64,000 nucleotides of DNA from Acidobacteriota bacterium (GCA_016715865.1 JADJXM010000006.1:257564-321563), one strand, 5' to 3'. Positions 18,966 through 35,082 are shown, counted from the first letter of the stretch. The notes: generated by a model not told the origin, from the letters alone. Translations and numbers: made by a program.

Positions 18966-19621
18966 CTGACGCTCTGTTTTGTCAGGGCGATTTTGACGCT
19001 GACGGCTCCGCGAACGTCTCCTTCGTTATAACCAAGCGCTTTATCGTTAGGATACCGTCGCTGCAGCAGGTTCATGACACCATGCGGGACCTCAGTCACC
19101 TGACCGTGACAGTTGAGGCACATCCTGCCGGTGATGAGCGGTTTCATATACCTCAGGTATTCGACATCCTTCTCGCGAACGACTTCGTAATATTCGTTCT
19201 CGAGCTTCTGCTCACGTTTCAGTCGATCGAATTCCTGCAATTTTGCGAACTCGTACTCGTCAGGTATATCCTTCGGATTCCTGTAACCGAGGCTGACACG
19301 CCGCGCATACTGACCGGTCCGCTGGTTGAAATCGCTCGTCACTTTTTGCGCAACTTCAGCGCAGGCTCGGACAGCACCCTCGTATCCGCCTTTTTCAAGT
19401 TCCTGCATCAAAAGTGTTCGCACCTTGTCGGTCAATTCGCCGGTCAGCTTTCTGGCTTCAACCAGTGCGGCATCCTCGCGTGATCCCGCCTGCTGCCCGA
19501 CTGATGCGACGCCCTGGCCGCGCCAGCTGAAAACGACTGCCGCAACGAAAACCGCTACTAAAAACAGTCTGATAAATCTTTCGGACAGGTTGGATTTCAT
19601 GATCCACCTTCCTTCCTTCAT
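18962..19621 (-). CDS. Tll0287-like (DUF3365) periplasmic heme-c protein
   Basis: Signal anchor, DUF3365-like length and conserved CLNCHG (CxxCH heme-c attachment motif) near C-terminus; 4-bp overlap with tolC-like gene start. Confidence 0.65.
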
Positions 19622-19645
19622 TCACCCGATCAGGGGCCATTGCCT

Positions 19646-19873
19646 TTAAACGCGGGCGACCTTGGACGGATCATCTCCGCTTTTTGCGCCCATCCATTTC
19701 AGAAAAGCCATCATCGGACACCAGTTGGTGAAGGCCGATTGAATCAGATTGAGCGCGACGAAACCCGTCAGATAAAACCAGTTCTGGCTGTGATAAGTTC
19801 CAAGCAGCACGCTTACCAGAACAATCGTTCCTGCAATCAATCTCAGATATCTTTCCACTGTCATTTTTATCAT
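19646..19873 (-). CDS. DUF2892 (YgaP-like) small membrane protein
   Basis: 75 aa, ER..R...G..L.....G motif and two TM helices typical of DUF2892; co-located with DUF302 and ArsR as in sulfur/metal stress loci. Confidence 0.7.
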   Translation of the reverse strand: MIKMTVERYLRLIAGTIVLVSVLLGTYHSQNWFYLTGFVALNLIQSAFTNWCPMMAFLKWMGAKSGDDPSKVARV

Positions 19874-20091
19874 CTCCTTTATTGCCGATCGAAATCGGCC
19901 TGATTAACGCTCGAAGCCCGCTCAGGCACCTTCTTAACCCCCATATCATCACGTCGATACTCGACGTCACATGTGTTGTTCATTCAGCCGGGAACGCCGA
20001 AACGCGGCAATACCCACCTCATGACAATCACGTACCCGACGAAAATACCCACTGGCCAGAACCACTCAGCCACTGCACACCCCTTTTCCAG

Positions 20092-20511
20092 CTACAGGCT
20101 GTCGATCGCCCGCTGCAGTTTCTCGTTGACCATCGCAGCCGACTCATCCAGCTTCGGATTGCCGACTACCGATAACATCTTCACGGCATCGATAGCTGCT
20201 ACTACCGATTGGCCGTCCTCCTCATAAACCACCACATTGCACGGCAGCAACAGACCCAATCCAATCTCCTCCTTCAACGCATGCCATGCGATCGGCGGAT
20301 TGCAGGCTCCGAGTATGACGTAGTCCCGGAAATCGACGCCCAGTTTCTCCTGCATCTTTTCCTTGATGTCGATCTCGCACAAAACTCCAAAGCCTTCCTT
20401 CTTTAACGCTTCGCGCGCCAGTTCCACCGCTTCTCCAAATGCCACCGGCAGTCTCCGCGCATATCCATATCCCATTTTTTCAACAGATTTTTTTATTGCT
20501 TTTTCACTCAT
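20092..20511 (-). CDS. DUF302 domain protein
   Basis: 139 aa, characteristic DUF302 profile (MGYGYAR... [13 protein letters not shown]... ILGACNP); partners DUF2892/ArsR. Confidence 0.75.
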   Translation of the reverse strand: MSEKAIKKSVEKMGYGYARRLPVAFGEAVELAREALKKEGFGVLCEIDIKEKMQEKLGVDFRDYVILGACNPPIAWHALKEEIGLGLLLPCNVVVYEEDGQSVVAAIDAVKMLSVVGNPKLDESAAMVNEKLQRAIDSL

Positions 20512-20800
20512 CTGGTACCTCCTTAATAATTCGACTATTTCTTATTTCGCATTGCTTATGCCACGATCCCTCAATTCCCCCCGATTATTTCTCTCCTTCC
20601 AATCATCAGCCCTTTAACCTCTTTAAATCAACCATTTAACATTATGTAGCCATTCGGATTCGGAGTAGCACCTCGTGTTGATATTGCTTCCGGAATGCGA
20701 AAAATTCCTCTTAAATCCAACCAGATGATTTATTTTCCCCACCCATCATTCATATCTGCATTTTTTTATTGCCTGTCGCTTCAAAGACCGCTATACTCAC

Positions 20801-20841
<41 letters not shown>

Positions 20842-20876
20842 GAAAAGTTTTAGAGTAGTAAGAGGTAAAGATAAAG

Positions 20877-21224
<348 letters not shown>

Positions 21225-21416
21225 GATTGATCAGGCGCCAGAATCAAACAGCCAACCCACACTCTGTCTTGACTTGTCCTGCGGCATTCTGCGCGTTATT
21301 CTATCGGGCTTACATAAAATCAGTGAAAAGTGATGAGTGACTTGAAATTATTCAATAGACAATCGTTTAAATGAATTCTCATCACTTATCACCCGTCACA
21401 TTTCAATTAATCAGAA

Positions 21417-22433
21417 ATGAGGAATGGTCCATCTATGTCCGATTCTGCAAGTGCATTTGTATCATTTTTAGACCGTCACGATGATGCGGCGTGGGCCGCC
21501 ATCGTATCGGAGCTGACGCCGTCGATGCATGAGGTCGATCGTCGAGCGACGCGTATCTGGTTCGCCTTTCATCCGGTCAAGCTGCACCGCGCATTGGCGG
21601 CGTCGGCCGATCCCGAAGAGACGGCGAAGCGGTTGATTCTGAAGGGCAGTTACCGGCTCACCGATCAGATCGATACATCTGCAGAGTTTCTGTACGGGCA
21701 TCGCTACTGGCCGGAGGTGAGGCGTCAAGTCGCCGAGCACGCAGGTCGAGGCAGTGAAGCTCCGCTCTCCGATCAGATCAAAGAGGTCGCCGGTCGAATC
21801 GCCGCTAAGGTCAAGGCTGACACATCGTTCCTGACAGGGATAACAGCGGTGGGATTCGGGACGCTACAACAGGTGGGACTCGAGCTGTTTTCCCAGCCTG
21901 CCGGAAAAGGAAGTTACGGCAGGACATGGAACAAAACCCCGGATCAGATCGTGGCGGACCGTGCGAAGGACGATGGTCAGGGCATCTTCGGATTTCTCAA
22001 AACGGTCGACAAGGAGTTCAGCGTCAGGTTCAACGAACAGACTCCCGGCAGTTCGTTCAAGGTCGTCAACATGCAGGATGTGACGACTGCGGCCGCCGAG
22101 GACAAAGGCGATCACAGCAATCTGGATTCGCGGTGCCGTCCTGGAGAAGGGCCTATCCCTGTGGAATGCCGAACGGCCGCCTGCGGAACGTGCTGGGTCG
22201 GCGTGCTTTCACCGACTGAAAAGATCTCTCCTCCAAACGATCGCGAGATCAATCGCTGGGTCTATTTCGGTTATGAAGGCTTCACCGGCGAGAGCGACTC
22301 GCCCATCCGCCTGGCCTGTCAGATGAAAGCATACGGCAACGTGACGATCGTCATTCCGCCATGGAACGGCCAGCTTGGAAAGCTCGATCGCAAAGAGAAG
22401 AGCGCCTCAGCCGGAGCGGGCGAAATAAATTAA
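21417..22433 (+). CDS. hypothetical protein with C-terminal plant-type [2Fe-2S] ferredoxin-like domain
   Basis: C-terminal CRTAACGTCWVG (Cx4Cx2C) plus downstream IRLACQMKAYGNVTIVIP resembling ferredoxin fourth-Cys segment (VLTCVAYP..DVTIET); N-terminal ~240 aa unassigned. Confidence 0.5.
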   Translation: MRNGPSMSDSASAFVSFLDRHDDAAWAAIVSELTPSMHEVDRRATRIWFAFHPVKLHRALAASADPEETAKRLILKGSYRLTDQIDTSAEFLYGHRYWPEVRRQVAEHAGRGSEAPLSDQIKEVAGRIAAKVKADTSFLTGITAVGFGTLQQVGLELFSQPAGKGSYGRTWNKTPDQIVADRAKDDGQGIFGFLKTVDKEFSVRFNEQTPGSSFKVVNMQDVTTAAAEDKGDHSNLDSRCRPGEGPIPVECRTAACGTCWVGVLSPTEKISPPNDREINRWVYFGYEGFTGESDSPIRLACQMKAYGNVTIVIPPWNGQLGKLDRKEKSASAGAGEIN

Positions 22434-22440
22434 AAAAAAA

Positions 22441-22557
22441 AATGAAGGAGAATGTGGAGTGCGGCGGCCCGGCGCCGCTTTGGTATCCACTTTAAACAAA
22501 GTCAGAAGGTAGTACCAAAGCGGCGCCGGGCCGCCGCACTCCACATTCTCCTTCATT
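22441..22557. repeat. 45-bp perfect inverted repeat (hairpin with 27-nt loop) following ferredoxin-domain gene
   Basis: aatgaaggagaatgtggagtgcggcggcccggcgccgctttggta ... taccaaagcggcgccgggccgccgcactccacattctccttcatt; preceded by A9 run. Confidence 0.85.
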
Positions 22558-22656
22558 TTCAAGCCATGGTCTGAGCAGTTACCTTACCTTTCATATTTAA
22601 AGTCGGCGCGTGTTACAATTCCCCGGAATTTCCAAACATCTGAAGAGGAGCCCGGC

Positions 22657-24993
<2,337 letters not shown>

Positions 24994-24996
24994 AAT

Positions 24997-26847
<1,851 letters not shown>

Positions 26848-26920
26848 AAATATTGCGGGCAACCATTTCTCCACGGGCGTCAATCTAAGCCCACGATCGA
26901 GCGGTCATAGGTGAGCAACC

Positions 26921-29900
26921 ATGCGAATGAGTTATGCCGGCAAATCAACAACCCTTACGTTTTTAATACTCATCCTCTGCGTCCTGACCTGGGATACCGC
27001 AGCTCAAAAACCCGCGAAGAACCCGAAACTCAAAAATGGCAGTTCGTTTTCAGGAGAACTGGCAAAGGATCAGACGAATTCCTATCGCATCAAATTACAC
27101 AGGGATGAGTTTCTATCGCTCTCGATCATCCAGCGACGCGGAGACATCATCGCCTCGCTGGTAGATGAATCCGGGCAATCGGTAATCGAGGTCGATGACC
27201 GGCGCAAGGATGATCAGGAACCTGAACAGCTGAGCTTCATCGCCGAACTGAATGGTGATTACCGGCTCAATGTCCGCTCATCAGGCAAAAGTGAAGAGAC
27301 AGCCGTGTTCGAACTTGCTGTGACCGGTCTGCGCAAGGCGACTGAAAAAGACAAAATGTGCGTATCGGCCGAACAGGCCATGCGCTCCGCCAGGGCTCTT
27401 GCTTCGGGAAAAGAGCCTGAAAAGCTGAAACAGGCCGTTGAGAGATATCAAGCCACACTTTCATCGTGGCAGAAACTTGGGGATAAACGAAGAGAGGCTG
27501 ATGCACAGCGAGGGATGGGTCGTGCGTTGAACTCACTGGGTGAGTATGACCGGGCGATGGAGGCTTTCAACAAGGCGCTGGCTCTGAGGCGGGAACTCTC
27601 GGATCGCCGTGGAGAAGCCCGCTTGCTGGCCGACATCGGCGACGTTCACGAATCGAAGAAGCAATTTCGAGAGGCCGTCGAATCGTTCAAGCAGTCGCTG
27701 CCGCTCTTGCGCGAGGCCGGATTGAAACGCGATGAGGCTGTCACACTGACCAACATCGGCGCCGATTATCACCTGATGAGAGAATATAAACTGGCGCTCG
27801 ATTTCTTCGCTCAGGCGGTGACCGTCTGGAAGACTACTGACAGCAGAAGCGAAGAGGCCGGGGCTCATGTTCGCGCCGGACGAACGCATGAGTCGCTCAA
27901 CTCATTTGATAAAGCCATCGAAAGTTACCAGCTGGCATTCGCGCTTTACCAGGCGGCGGCCGATCAGGCGGGCGAGGCATCGATGCGGTATGATCTTGGC
28001 ATCGCTTACCGCCAGACAGGCCGCAACAAAGAGGCGCTCGAGAGCCTTGAGCAGGCTCTGCGAATCTGGCAGACCCTTGAGAAGAAGAACGAGCAGGCCA
28101 GCACACATAACTATCTGGGCATGGTCAATCGTACGCTCGGAGAGAATCAAAAGGCGATCGATCATTACACTCAGGCTATCAGCCTGAGCCGTGAATTGAA
28201 GAATCCGCGCCTCGAAGCGACGGTGCTCAACAACATGGCCCTCATTAATTTTGCGCTTGGCGATTACCGCAGGGCGCTCGATACGCTGGCGGAGGTGCTG
28301 CCTCTGCGCCGCGCCAACAAGGACCGTGCGGGCGAGGCCAGCACTCTGACAAATCTCGGAGCCATCAACGCCAATCTCGGGCAGAATGAACAGGCGCTCG
28401 ATTTTTACAGTCAGGCGCTGCCGATCTGGCGTGAGGAGAATCGTAAGGGCGAAGAGGCAATCGTCACTCACAACATCGGCGAGACATATGACCGGCTCGG
28501 CGAAAAGCAGAAAGCGCTGGATCAGTTCACCAGAGCGCTCGCGCTGATCAAACCGATTGGAGCAAAGCAACTTGAAGGGCAGACGACAACCAGCATGGCT
28601 ACGCTCTACTTCTCGCTCGGAGAGTATCAGAGGGCAAAGGAACTCTATCTCGCATCGCTCGATGTACACCGGGCAACTGGCAACAAGACAGACGAAACAC
28701 TCACGCTGAATCAGCTTGGCTACCTGCATTATGAAATTGACGAAAATGAGACCGCGCTGAAATATTTGGAGGCGGCGATGGTTCTCTGGAAACAGATCGG
28801 CGACGTGCGTGGAGAAGCCGTTTCACTGAACACTATTGCAAATGTCCACCGGTCACTCGGCGAATCTGAAAAATCGATCGGTTTCGCCGATCAGGCTATA
28901 TCTCTCCATCAGAAGGTCGGCAATCGCGGCGGTGAAGCCGAAGCGTTAATCATCATCGGCCAGATCGCTGGAGCATCAGGAGAGCGGGGAAAGGCTATTG
29001 ATGCACTGACGCGTGCGATCGAATTGAGCCGCGCCGTCAGCGATCCGTCGCTCGAATCAAAAGCTCGCTATGAAATCGCCCGTGTCGAACTCGAATCCGG
29101 TAACCTGACCGAATCACGCGGCCAGATCGAAGAGACGCTGCGCATAGTCGAAACGCTGCGCACAAAGGTCGCCAGTCAGGAGTTGCGAAGCTCGTATTTC
29201 GCCACGGTCCAGAAATATTACGATCTTTACATCGATCTGCTCATGCAGATGCACGAACGCGACGCGGGCAAGGGGTTCGACGGCGAGGCATTGCAGGCGA
29301 GCGAGCGGGCGCGGGCACGCAGCCTGATCGAGATGCTGACCGAGGCCAATGCCAGGATTCGCGAAGGCGTCGCTCCTCAACTGCTCGACCGTGAGCGACT
29401 ATTGCAGCAGCAGCTTAATGAAAAAGCAGACTCTCTCGCCCGGCTATACACAGGCAACTTCACCGCCGAACAGGTCAATGAGCTGAAAAGTGCGATCGAT
29501 TCGCTGACCTCAGAGTTCCAGGAGGTCCGCTCGCAGATCCGCCTCTCAAGCCCGCGCTATGCCGCTCTGACGCAGCCTTCTCCGCTGACGCTCGATCAGA
29601 TTCAGAATCGAATTCTGGATGATGAGACAGTCCTGCTCGAATACGCGCTCGGAGAGAAACGCAGCTTCCTCTGGATGGTCAGCCGGCAGGGCATGAGCAG
29701 CCATGCACTGCCTGACCGCTCGACCATCGAGGCACTCGCCAGGCAGACTCACCAACTGTTCAGCAAACCGAATTCAATAGCAGCGCCGCCCTCGTCGCAA
29801 AGAAGGTTGAAATACATCCCTGGCGCTGAGCCCGACCCGCAGGCCGCAGCCAGACAGGCATTCAATGAGTTGAGCAGGATGCTGCTCGGCCCTGTCGCCG

Positions 29901-30880
29901 GCAAGCTGGGCACAAAACGCCTGCTCATCGTCGCCGAAGGCGCACTGCAATACGTGCCGTTTGCCGCCCTGATCGAGCCCGCGCCAAGGCGAACCGGACG
30001 TAGAAATTCCGGTCGGACGACAGGCGGAGCCGGCGCTCCGTTGATCATCAATCACGAGATCGTCAGCCTGCCTTCAGCCTCGACTCTAGCAGTCATTCGC
30101 AACGAAACAGCCGATCGTCAACCGGCGCCCGAGTTGCTCGCCATCCTGGCCGATCCGGTCTTCGAAAAGGACGATGAACGCGTCCATGGAAGGCCTGATC
30201 AGAAGGTCGCCAAACCTGCCGAATCACAAGGCCAGACTGTCGCTGGTGAACGTCTCATCAAGCATCTCAAGCAAAAAGATGGTCAGACCGGCCCGCTGCG
30301 CATCCCCCGCTTGCCATTCACTCGCGAAGAAGCAGGCATTGTCAGCGCACTCGTTCCGCCTGCAAACCGCCTCGAAGCCCTGGATTTCGCTGCCAATCGC
30401 ACGACAGCGACATCGGAGTCGCTGAGTCGATACCGCTACCTGCACTTCGCCACTCACGGCTATCTCGACAGCGAACGACCCGAACTTTCAGCTCTCGTAC
30501 TCTCGCTGGTCAATGAAAAGGGCGCTCAGCAGAGTGGTTTTCTTTACGCACACGAAGTCTATAATCTGAAACTGCCGGCAGAAGTCGTCGTCCTGAGCGC
30601 ATGCGAAACCGGTCTCGGCAAAGAGATCCGCGGGGAAGGGCTGGTCGGTCTGACACGCGGGTTTATGTACGCCGGTGCTCCGCGCGTTGTCGTCAGCCTG
30701 TGGAGCGTCAACGACAAGGCGACGGCTGAATTGATGGGCGCTTTCTACCGGCATATGCTGGCCGAAGGCATGCGCCCGGCAGCCGCTCTGCGCGCAGCTC
30801 AAATCGAAATGCTTCAGAAGCCCCATTGGCAATCACCATATTTCTGGGCCGCTTTCGTGCTTCAGGGAGAATGGAAGTGA
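26921..30880 (+). CDS. secreted tetratricopeptide-repeat protein with C-terminal CHAT (caspase-like) protease domain
   Basis: Signal peptide; >12 TPR units (repeated A..LG..Y..A...Y..AL pattern, aa ~180-720); C-terminal CHAT His/Cys dyad context LHFATHGY ... VVLSACETG. Confidence 0.85.
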   Translation: MRMSYAGKSTTLTFLILILCVLTWDTAAQKPAKNPKLKNGSSFSGELAKDQTNSYRIKLHRDEFLSLSIIQRRGDIIASLVDESGQSVIEVDDRRKDDQEPEQLSFIAELNGDYRLNVRSSGKSEETAVFELAVTGLRKATEKDKMCVSAEQAMRSARALASGKEPEKLKQAVERYQATLSSWQKLGDKRREADAQRGMGRALNSLGEYDRAMEAFNKALALRRELSDRRGEARLLADIGDVHESKKQFREAVESFKQSLPLLREAGLKRDEAVTLTNIGADYHLMREYKLALDFFAQAVTVWKTTDSRSEEAGAHVRAGRTHESLNSFDKAIESYQLAFALYQAAADQAGEASMRYDLGIAYRQTGRNKEALESLEQALRIWQTLEKKNEQASTHNYLGMVNRTLGENQKAIDHYTQAISLSRELKNPRLEATVLNNMALINFALGDYRRALDTLAEVLPLRRANKDRAGEASTLTNLGAINANLGQNEQALDFYSQALPIWREENRKGEEAIVTHNIGETYDRLGEKQKALDQFTRALALIKPIGAKQLEGQTTTSMATLYFSLGEYQRAKELYLASLDVHRATGNKTDETLTLNQLGYLHYEIDENETALKYLEAAMVLWKQIGDVRGEAVSLNTIANVHRSLGESEKSIGFADQAISLHQKVGNRGGEAEALIIIGQIAGASGERGKAIDALTRAIELSRAVSDPSLESKARYEIARVELESGNLTESRGQIEETLRIVETLRTKVASQELRSSYFATVQKYYDLYIDLLMQMHERDAGKGFDGEALQASERARARSLIEMLTEANARIREGVAPQLLDRERLLQQQLNEKADSLARLYTGNFTAEQVNELKSAIDSLTSEFQEVRSQIRLSSPRYAALTQPSPLTLDQIQNRILDDETVLLEYALGEKRSFLWMVSRQGMSSHALPDRSTIEALARQTHQLFSKPNSIAAPPSSQRRLKYIPGAEPDPQAAARQAFNELSRMLLGPVAGKLGTKRLLIVAEGALQYVPFAALIEPAPRRTGRRNSGRTTGGAGAPLIINHEIVSLPSASTLAVIRNETADRQPAPELLAILADPVFEKDDERVHGRPDQKVAKPAESQGQTVAGERLIKHLKQKDGQTGPLRIPRLPFTREEAGIVSALVPPANRLEALDFAANRTTATSESLSRYRYLHFATHGYLDSERPELSALVLSLVNEKGAQQSGFLYAHEVYNLKLPAEVVVLSACETGLGKEIRGEGLVGLTRGFMYAGAPRVVVSLWSVNDKATAELMGAFYRHMLAEGMRPAAALRAAQIEMLQKPHWQSPYFWAAFVLQGEWK

Positions 30881-30913
30881 GTGAGTAAAAAGTAGAAAGT
30901 ATAAAGTATAAAG
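30879..30913. repeat. GTAGAAAG-family single arm (B4) immediately after CHAT gene stop
   Basis: tgagtgagtaaaaagtagaaagtataaagtataaag; shares the tgagta leader seen in B1/B2. Confidence 0.7.
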
Positions 30914-30982
30914 CGGAGGGAACTGGCAACGGAACCGCAAGCGTCAGCGCGCGTCCCATCAACACCTGCCAAGGAGAACACA

Positions 30983-31924
30983 ATGGGAAGAAAAATGATC
31001 AGTAGTCATGTGATTCAATATTTGTTGATTCCTGTATTTGCCTTCGGATTTCAGTATACAGGACTGGCTCAGGACCCTGAAACCGGCACGCGGCGAATCT
31101 GGGACACCGAGCTGGTCAAGGCGAAGGCCGCCAGCAACACCTCGCCCGGAAAGACGACGCCGCGACGCCGCTATCGTGTGGTGACGCCCCGGATAAACAC
31201 CGAGGGAGTTTCGGACAATGCGGTCCTCGGAGTCACGATCTGGCGGCTCCGCCCGTCAACTCAAACAGATGACAATTCAGTCCGCATCCTTAAACACAAG
31301 AGCGACAATTCCAATATCGCCTCGTGGACTCCTGAACGGATCTCGGCCGAAACCCCGCTTTCGCCGGGTCAGCGCGTTCGCCTGAGCATCGAAGCGGCCA
31401 GAACCGGATACTTGTATGTCGTCGATCGTGAACTTTTTGCCGACGGCACTATGAGCGATCCCTGGCTCATCTTCCCAAGCACGAGCATCGGCGGCGGAGA
31501 AAACCAGGTCACAGTCGGTCGCCTAGTCGATCTGCCCGGCCTGAACGACGATCCGAACTATTTCACGCTCGACCCGAGCCGACCGGATCAGATCGGAGAA
31601 CTGCTCAGCGTGATCATCTCGCCGGAACCGCTGCCCGGTCTCAAAGCCGGCGCCGAGCCGATAAAACTTCCTTCGGATCAGGTGACACAGTGGGAGAAGC
31701 AGTGGGGCACAAATGTCGGCCAGCTCGACCTGGAAGGCGGGGCCGGAACCACCTGGACCAAAGAAGAGAAGGAGGCTGGCCAGACCGATGCCAGAAAACT
31801 GACCGGCAATGCACCCTCCCCGCAGACGCTCTTCTATCGCCCGGGCACAAAGCCGGATGCTCCGCTGCTGATCAACCTTCGCCTGAGTTACGGCAAAGCA
31901 AAGCCGGCAGCTCGAAAGAAATGA
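30983..31924 (+). CDS. secreted DUF4384-like protein
   Basis: Signal peptide; segment QRVRLSIEAARTGYLYVVDRELFADGTMSDPWLIFPS aligns with kinase C-terminal domain ([22 protein letters not shown]...YVVLFPK). Confidence 0.5.
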   Translation: MGRKMISSHVIQYLLIPVFAFGFQYTGLAQDPETGTRRIWDTELVKAKAASNTSPGKTTPRRRYRVVTPRINTEGVSDNAVLGVTIWRLRPSTQTDDNSVRILKHKSDNSNIASWTPERISAETPLSPGQRVRLSIEAARTGYLYVVDRELFADGTMSDPWLIFPSTSIGGGENQVTVGRLVDLPGLNDDPNYFTLDPSRPDQIGELLSVIISPEPLPGLKAGAEPIKLPSDQVTQWEKQWGTNVGQLDLEGGAGTTWTKEEKEAGQTDARKLTGNAPSPQTLFYRPGTKPDAPLLINLRLSYGKAKPAARKK

Positions 31925-31965
31925 TAGACATGGATGGAATTTATATGATCGGAATAAGTTGTAAA

Positions 31966-32370
31966 ATGATTTTTGTGCTAGCTCTCAGCTTCGGCGCCAT
32001 GTGCAGCGCAAAATCAACGGATGGAACCAATGATCCACCGCAACGCCTGCGACCACCCGCATCACTGAAATGCTCTCGCGATCATCTGACATCTTTCCAG
32101 GGACGAATCATCGATTACAAACGTGGTGAAAAAAGCATTTTTCTCAGCGTTCGCACCGATGAAGAGACGACTGAAAATTTCACACTGAAATGGGAAGATA
32201 CCGAAAATGCCGAAAAATGGTTTCTTCTTCGCGGAGAAGAGTTTAAAGCCGAAGACTGGAAGCTGATAGAAAGCGCTCACGGCAGGCTGGTCGACGGCAT
32301 GCGAATCATCGTCTGGGTCTGCGACGACGGATCGAAGCCGGTCTTTGACTGGCGCCCGAAAGAAAGTTAA
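31966..32370 (+). CDS. small secreted hypothetical protein
   Basis: Signal peptide MIFVLALSFGAMCSA; ~135 aa; several upstream in-frame ATGs so start uncertain; overlaps end of previous gene in other frame if longest ORF is used. Confidence 0.4.
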   Translation: MIFVLALSFGAMCSAKSTDGTNDPPQRLRPPASLKCSRDHLTSFQGRIIDYKRGEKSIFLSVRTDEETTENFTLKWEDTENAEKWFLLRGEEFKAEDWKLIESAHGRLVDGMRIIVWVCDDGSKPVFDWRPKES

Positions 32371-32374
32371 AAAC

Positions 32375-32455
32375 AGTTGAAAGTTGAAAGTCAGAAGATT
32401 TGATCTCTTTGAGTTTGATAATAATCTTCTGACTTTCAACTTTTAACTTTTAACC
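32375..32455. repeat. GTTGAAAG-family inverted-repeat hairpin (C1) between convergent genes
   Basis: cagttgaaagttgaaagtcagaagatt ... aatcttctgactttcaacttttaacttttaac. Confidence 0.8.
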
Positions 32456-32458
32456 GAT

Positions 32459-33457
32459 TTATTTCCCTGCCCGATATGTTGTCCACATCGAACTCATGCG
32501 GCCGGACTGTCCGGTAGTGAACAGGAACATGCAGGAATCGTCAGTGTAGTCCATGAAGTTCTGGATCGGGTCGAGGCCTGCCAGGCTGGTGCAGGAATCT
32601 CTGCCAGTCGGACAACCATAGGCAGCAGATTTTTCAGCAGGGGTGTCGGCAACTCCATCCCCGCCGGTGCTCTGTCTGCTGCATCCGCCCTGGAATGTGT
32701 GATAGAGACCCAGCCAGTGGCCGACCTCATGTGTCCCGGTATCGCCAAGGTTGTACGGAGAGGCAGTACCTCCGGGCAACGACTCGTTGAGACAGACGAC
32801 ACCATCGCTGCTCGGATTTGAGCTGTAACTCGACGGGAATGTCGCCCAGCCGAGTAAACCACCTCCTGGATTGCTGATGTAAAAATTCAGATCATCAGCT
32901 GTTCCCTGCCGTAGAGCCGATTTCATTGCTGCCTCTGCAGTGGTTCCGGGGCCCGCTGTATACCAGGTATTGTTTGTAGTGTAATTGGTACCGGCAAGTT
33001 GGAATCTGAATGGCGTATCGACACCGCCCGTGCCACCCGAATAAGCCGCATTTAAAACTGCGATCTGGCTATTTATTTGCTGCGAAGTTACATTTCCCTG
33101 CCCCGATGTGTTCATAATCACATGCATATAAACCTGGATCGTGACACTCCCCGCAGGTAATGGTGTGCCGCCGCCGCCACCGCCGCCGCCCGGTTTGCCT
33201 TTATCGCCATTTGGCCCTTTTTCAGAATCAGGATCATGCCGGAACCCGCAGCGGAGCCCGCTCTCGACGAATGCCTGCTGATTGACGAATACTGTTCCGT
33301 CAGGACCGACGAATGTCCCGTCCGGCTGCATGCCAGGTCGCTGCTGCTGGCCTCTTCCCTGACCCTGTGCGTTAACATCCTGCAGATAGTACCCGCTGAT
33401 CGCCAGGATTAGACCGATAGCAACTGCCGCCATACCCATAAACAGTTTCTTTCTCAT
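32459..33457 (-). CDS. secreted zinc metalloprotease, M43 (pappalysin/ulilysin/cytophagalysin) family
   Basis: Extended zincin motif [14 protein letters not shown] (HExxHxxGxxH), Met-turn region, Cys pattern and DYTDD segment typical of M43B; signal peptide; Gly-rich linker. Confidence 0.8.
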   Translation of the reverse strand: MRKKLFMGMAAVAIGLILAISGYYLQDVNAQGQGRGQQQRPGMQPDGTFVGPDGTVFVNQQAFVESGLRCGFRHDPDSEKGPNGDKGKPGGGGGGGGTPLPAGSVTIQVYMHVIMNTSGQGNVTSQQINSQIAVLNAAYSGGTGGVDTPFRFQLAGTNYTTNNTWYTAGPGTTAEAAMKSALRQGTADDLNFYISNPGGGLLGWATFPSSYSSNPSSDGVVCLNESLPGGTASPYNLGDTGTHEVGHWLGLYHTFQGGCSRQSTGGDGVADTPAEKSAAYGCPTGRDSCTSLAGLDPIQNFMDYTDDSCMFLFTTGQSGRMSSMWTTYRAGK

Positions 33458-33689
33458 TTGTTTATCTCCAAAATGATTTGATTTTCTGACTCGGAAAATT
33501 CCAGACGCTGATTCTGTGACATATGGTGTCGCTCAATTCACCAATGCCTGAAAACTGATTAACCCATTGTCCTGATTACAGAATTATTTGTGAAGTGCTT
33601 CTTTGGAAAGTGTTTAAATTAATTGTATTTCTGTATATCGGGCGGATATTATTAAATAAAACCAACGTTGTCAACAAGAAAAAGAGCAA

Positions 33690-33776
33690 GAAAAAGGGCA
33701 AGAAAAAAGGGGTAAGCTTGATAAGGCTCACCCCATTCAAAATAAATGATAAAGGATGAGCGGCTAGAATCCGCTC
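33690..33776 (-). terminator. two consecutive terminator-like hairpins 3' of subtilase pseudogene (minus strand), second followed by T-run
   Basis: gagcggattctagccgctc directly after stop; then ggggtgagc-cttatcaa-gcttacccc followed by ttttttcttgcccttttttcttg on minus strand. Confidence 0.55.
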
Positions 33777-34812
33777 ACGTTGAGCCGCCCGCCGGTGACA
33801 CACCTGCCGGTGAGCGAAGAAGTTGGCACCGTAGAGTTCAGGATCGCAGTCTTGATCGTCGATGCAAGAACGCCGCCGCCCGGATACCTCGCAGCATAGA
33901 GTGCGGCTGCGTGACATGCGGCGTCGCCATCGAGTGCCGCTGTATGATCCTTGTTCCCCTGAAGAGTTTGGCAGCTCGAATAGATACCCGATCCCGGGCG
34001 CCAAAGATCGACCGAGGTAGCGCCATAGTTCGAAGCTGATCTCGCCCGGACGAGTTATAGACGCCCGCGATGATATTGGTGAACGCCGGATGGCTCGGTG
34101 TCGATCGTTGTTGTCACCAACACCGCGCCGCCATTGCCTGCCGCCGCAATAAACAGGATATTCGCGTTATTGCCGCTGAATTGCTCACAGAGCGCCTGAC
34201 GTGGGTCCCGTGGTCATCCTGCGTACCGTCGTAGGTTGAGTTGTTGTTTCCATCGAAGTCCCACCCGCGGATGTCGTCTTTGTATCCGTTACCGTCGTTA
34301 TCGATGCCATCCACCGGATCGTATGGATTGGTCCAGATGTTCGCGCTCAAATCCTGGTGAGCCCACTGGACTCCTTCATCGATAATTCCAACATAGACCG
34401 TATTGCTGCCGGTATTGCCTGCCGCCCATGCCTCGCCGGCCTGGCTACCGTACTGGTTAGTGGGTGAAGTTCCATCACCGTACATCCCCCACAAACTGCC
34501 GTTTGTGTAGTAGGTGTCGTTCGACGTCGCATCATGCGAATAGATCCAGTTGGGTTCGGCAAAAAGGACATCAGGATCGGACTCAAAGGCGCGCTTCGCG
34601 GCTGCCGGGGTGAAATCTGGCCGATGCCTCACAAGTACGAGATCGCCGCGTCCGTCCTGCCTTCTGCTGCCCGGAAGGACCTCATCCAGAACATCCGCAT
34701 TGGCACGGCCCAGCGCTCGGCCCCTGGACGTTTCATCTGCCCCGGCGCGGAATGCCCAGCATCTCACCAAGCACGATTGGCGCCTGCTGCTGACTGTTTC
34801 GCCGGCGGCCAA
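33765..34812 (-). pseudogene. decayed S8 subtilisin-family serine peptidase (multiple frameshifts/deletion)
   Basis: Three frames carry consecutive subtilase pieces: I9 propeptide (DVLFAEPNWIYSH), Asp region VGIIDEG, His region DDHGTHV in one frame; AAAGNGG (oxyanion Asn) and SNYGATSVDLWRPGSGIYS in a second frame; Ser motif SMATPHV in a third. Terminator hairpins follow the stop. Confidence 0.55.
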
Positions 34813-35044
34813 ACCAGAAACATCAACAACGCTTTTCTCATTATGGTCCTCCAGTCACATATTGTATTGACAGCGATAAGCGGGAAACTGTTTCCGCGGT
34901 CATATATTGTAAAATCTCGCTCCCCGCTCACAGGTATCCCTGTGCGGGTTGCAAATCAGTCATACATTTTTAGGGGAAAGGCTTCGACCGAGCCTTCTGT
35001 GTGGGCAATACTATTTAAAACGATACAGATACGCAGTGTATGCC

Positions 35045-35082
35045 GCGCCCGCTCGTCTTGAAATCTTCAATCGAGCGGGCGC
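35045..35082 (-). terminator. terminator-like GC-rich hairpin downstream of OPT transporter gene
   Basis: gcgcccgctcg-tcttgaaatcttcaa-cgagcgggcgc, 11-bp perfect stem. Confidence 0.5.

Noticed and set aside
31690-32370. Longest-ORF version (226 aa) of the small secreted protein gene, overlapping the end of the DUF4384-like gene out of frame.
   Set aside because: The overlap portion is Arg/Pro-rich and out of frame with a motif-bearing gene. A downstream ATG (~31966) gives a clean signal peptide, so the shorter gene model is preferred.
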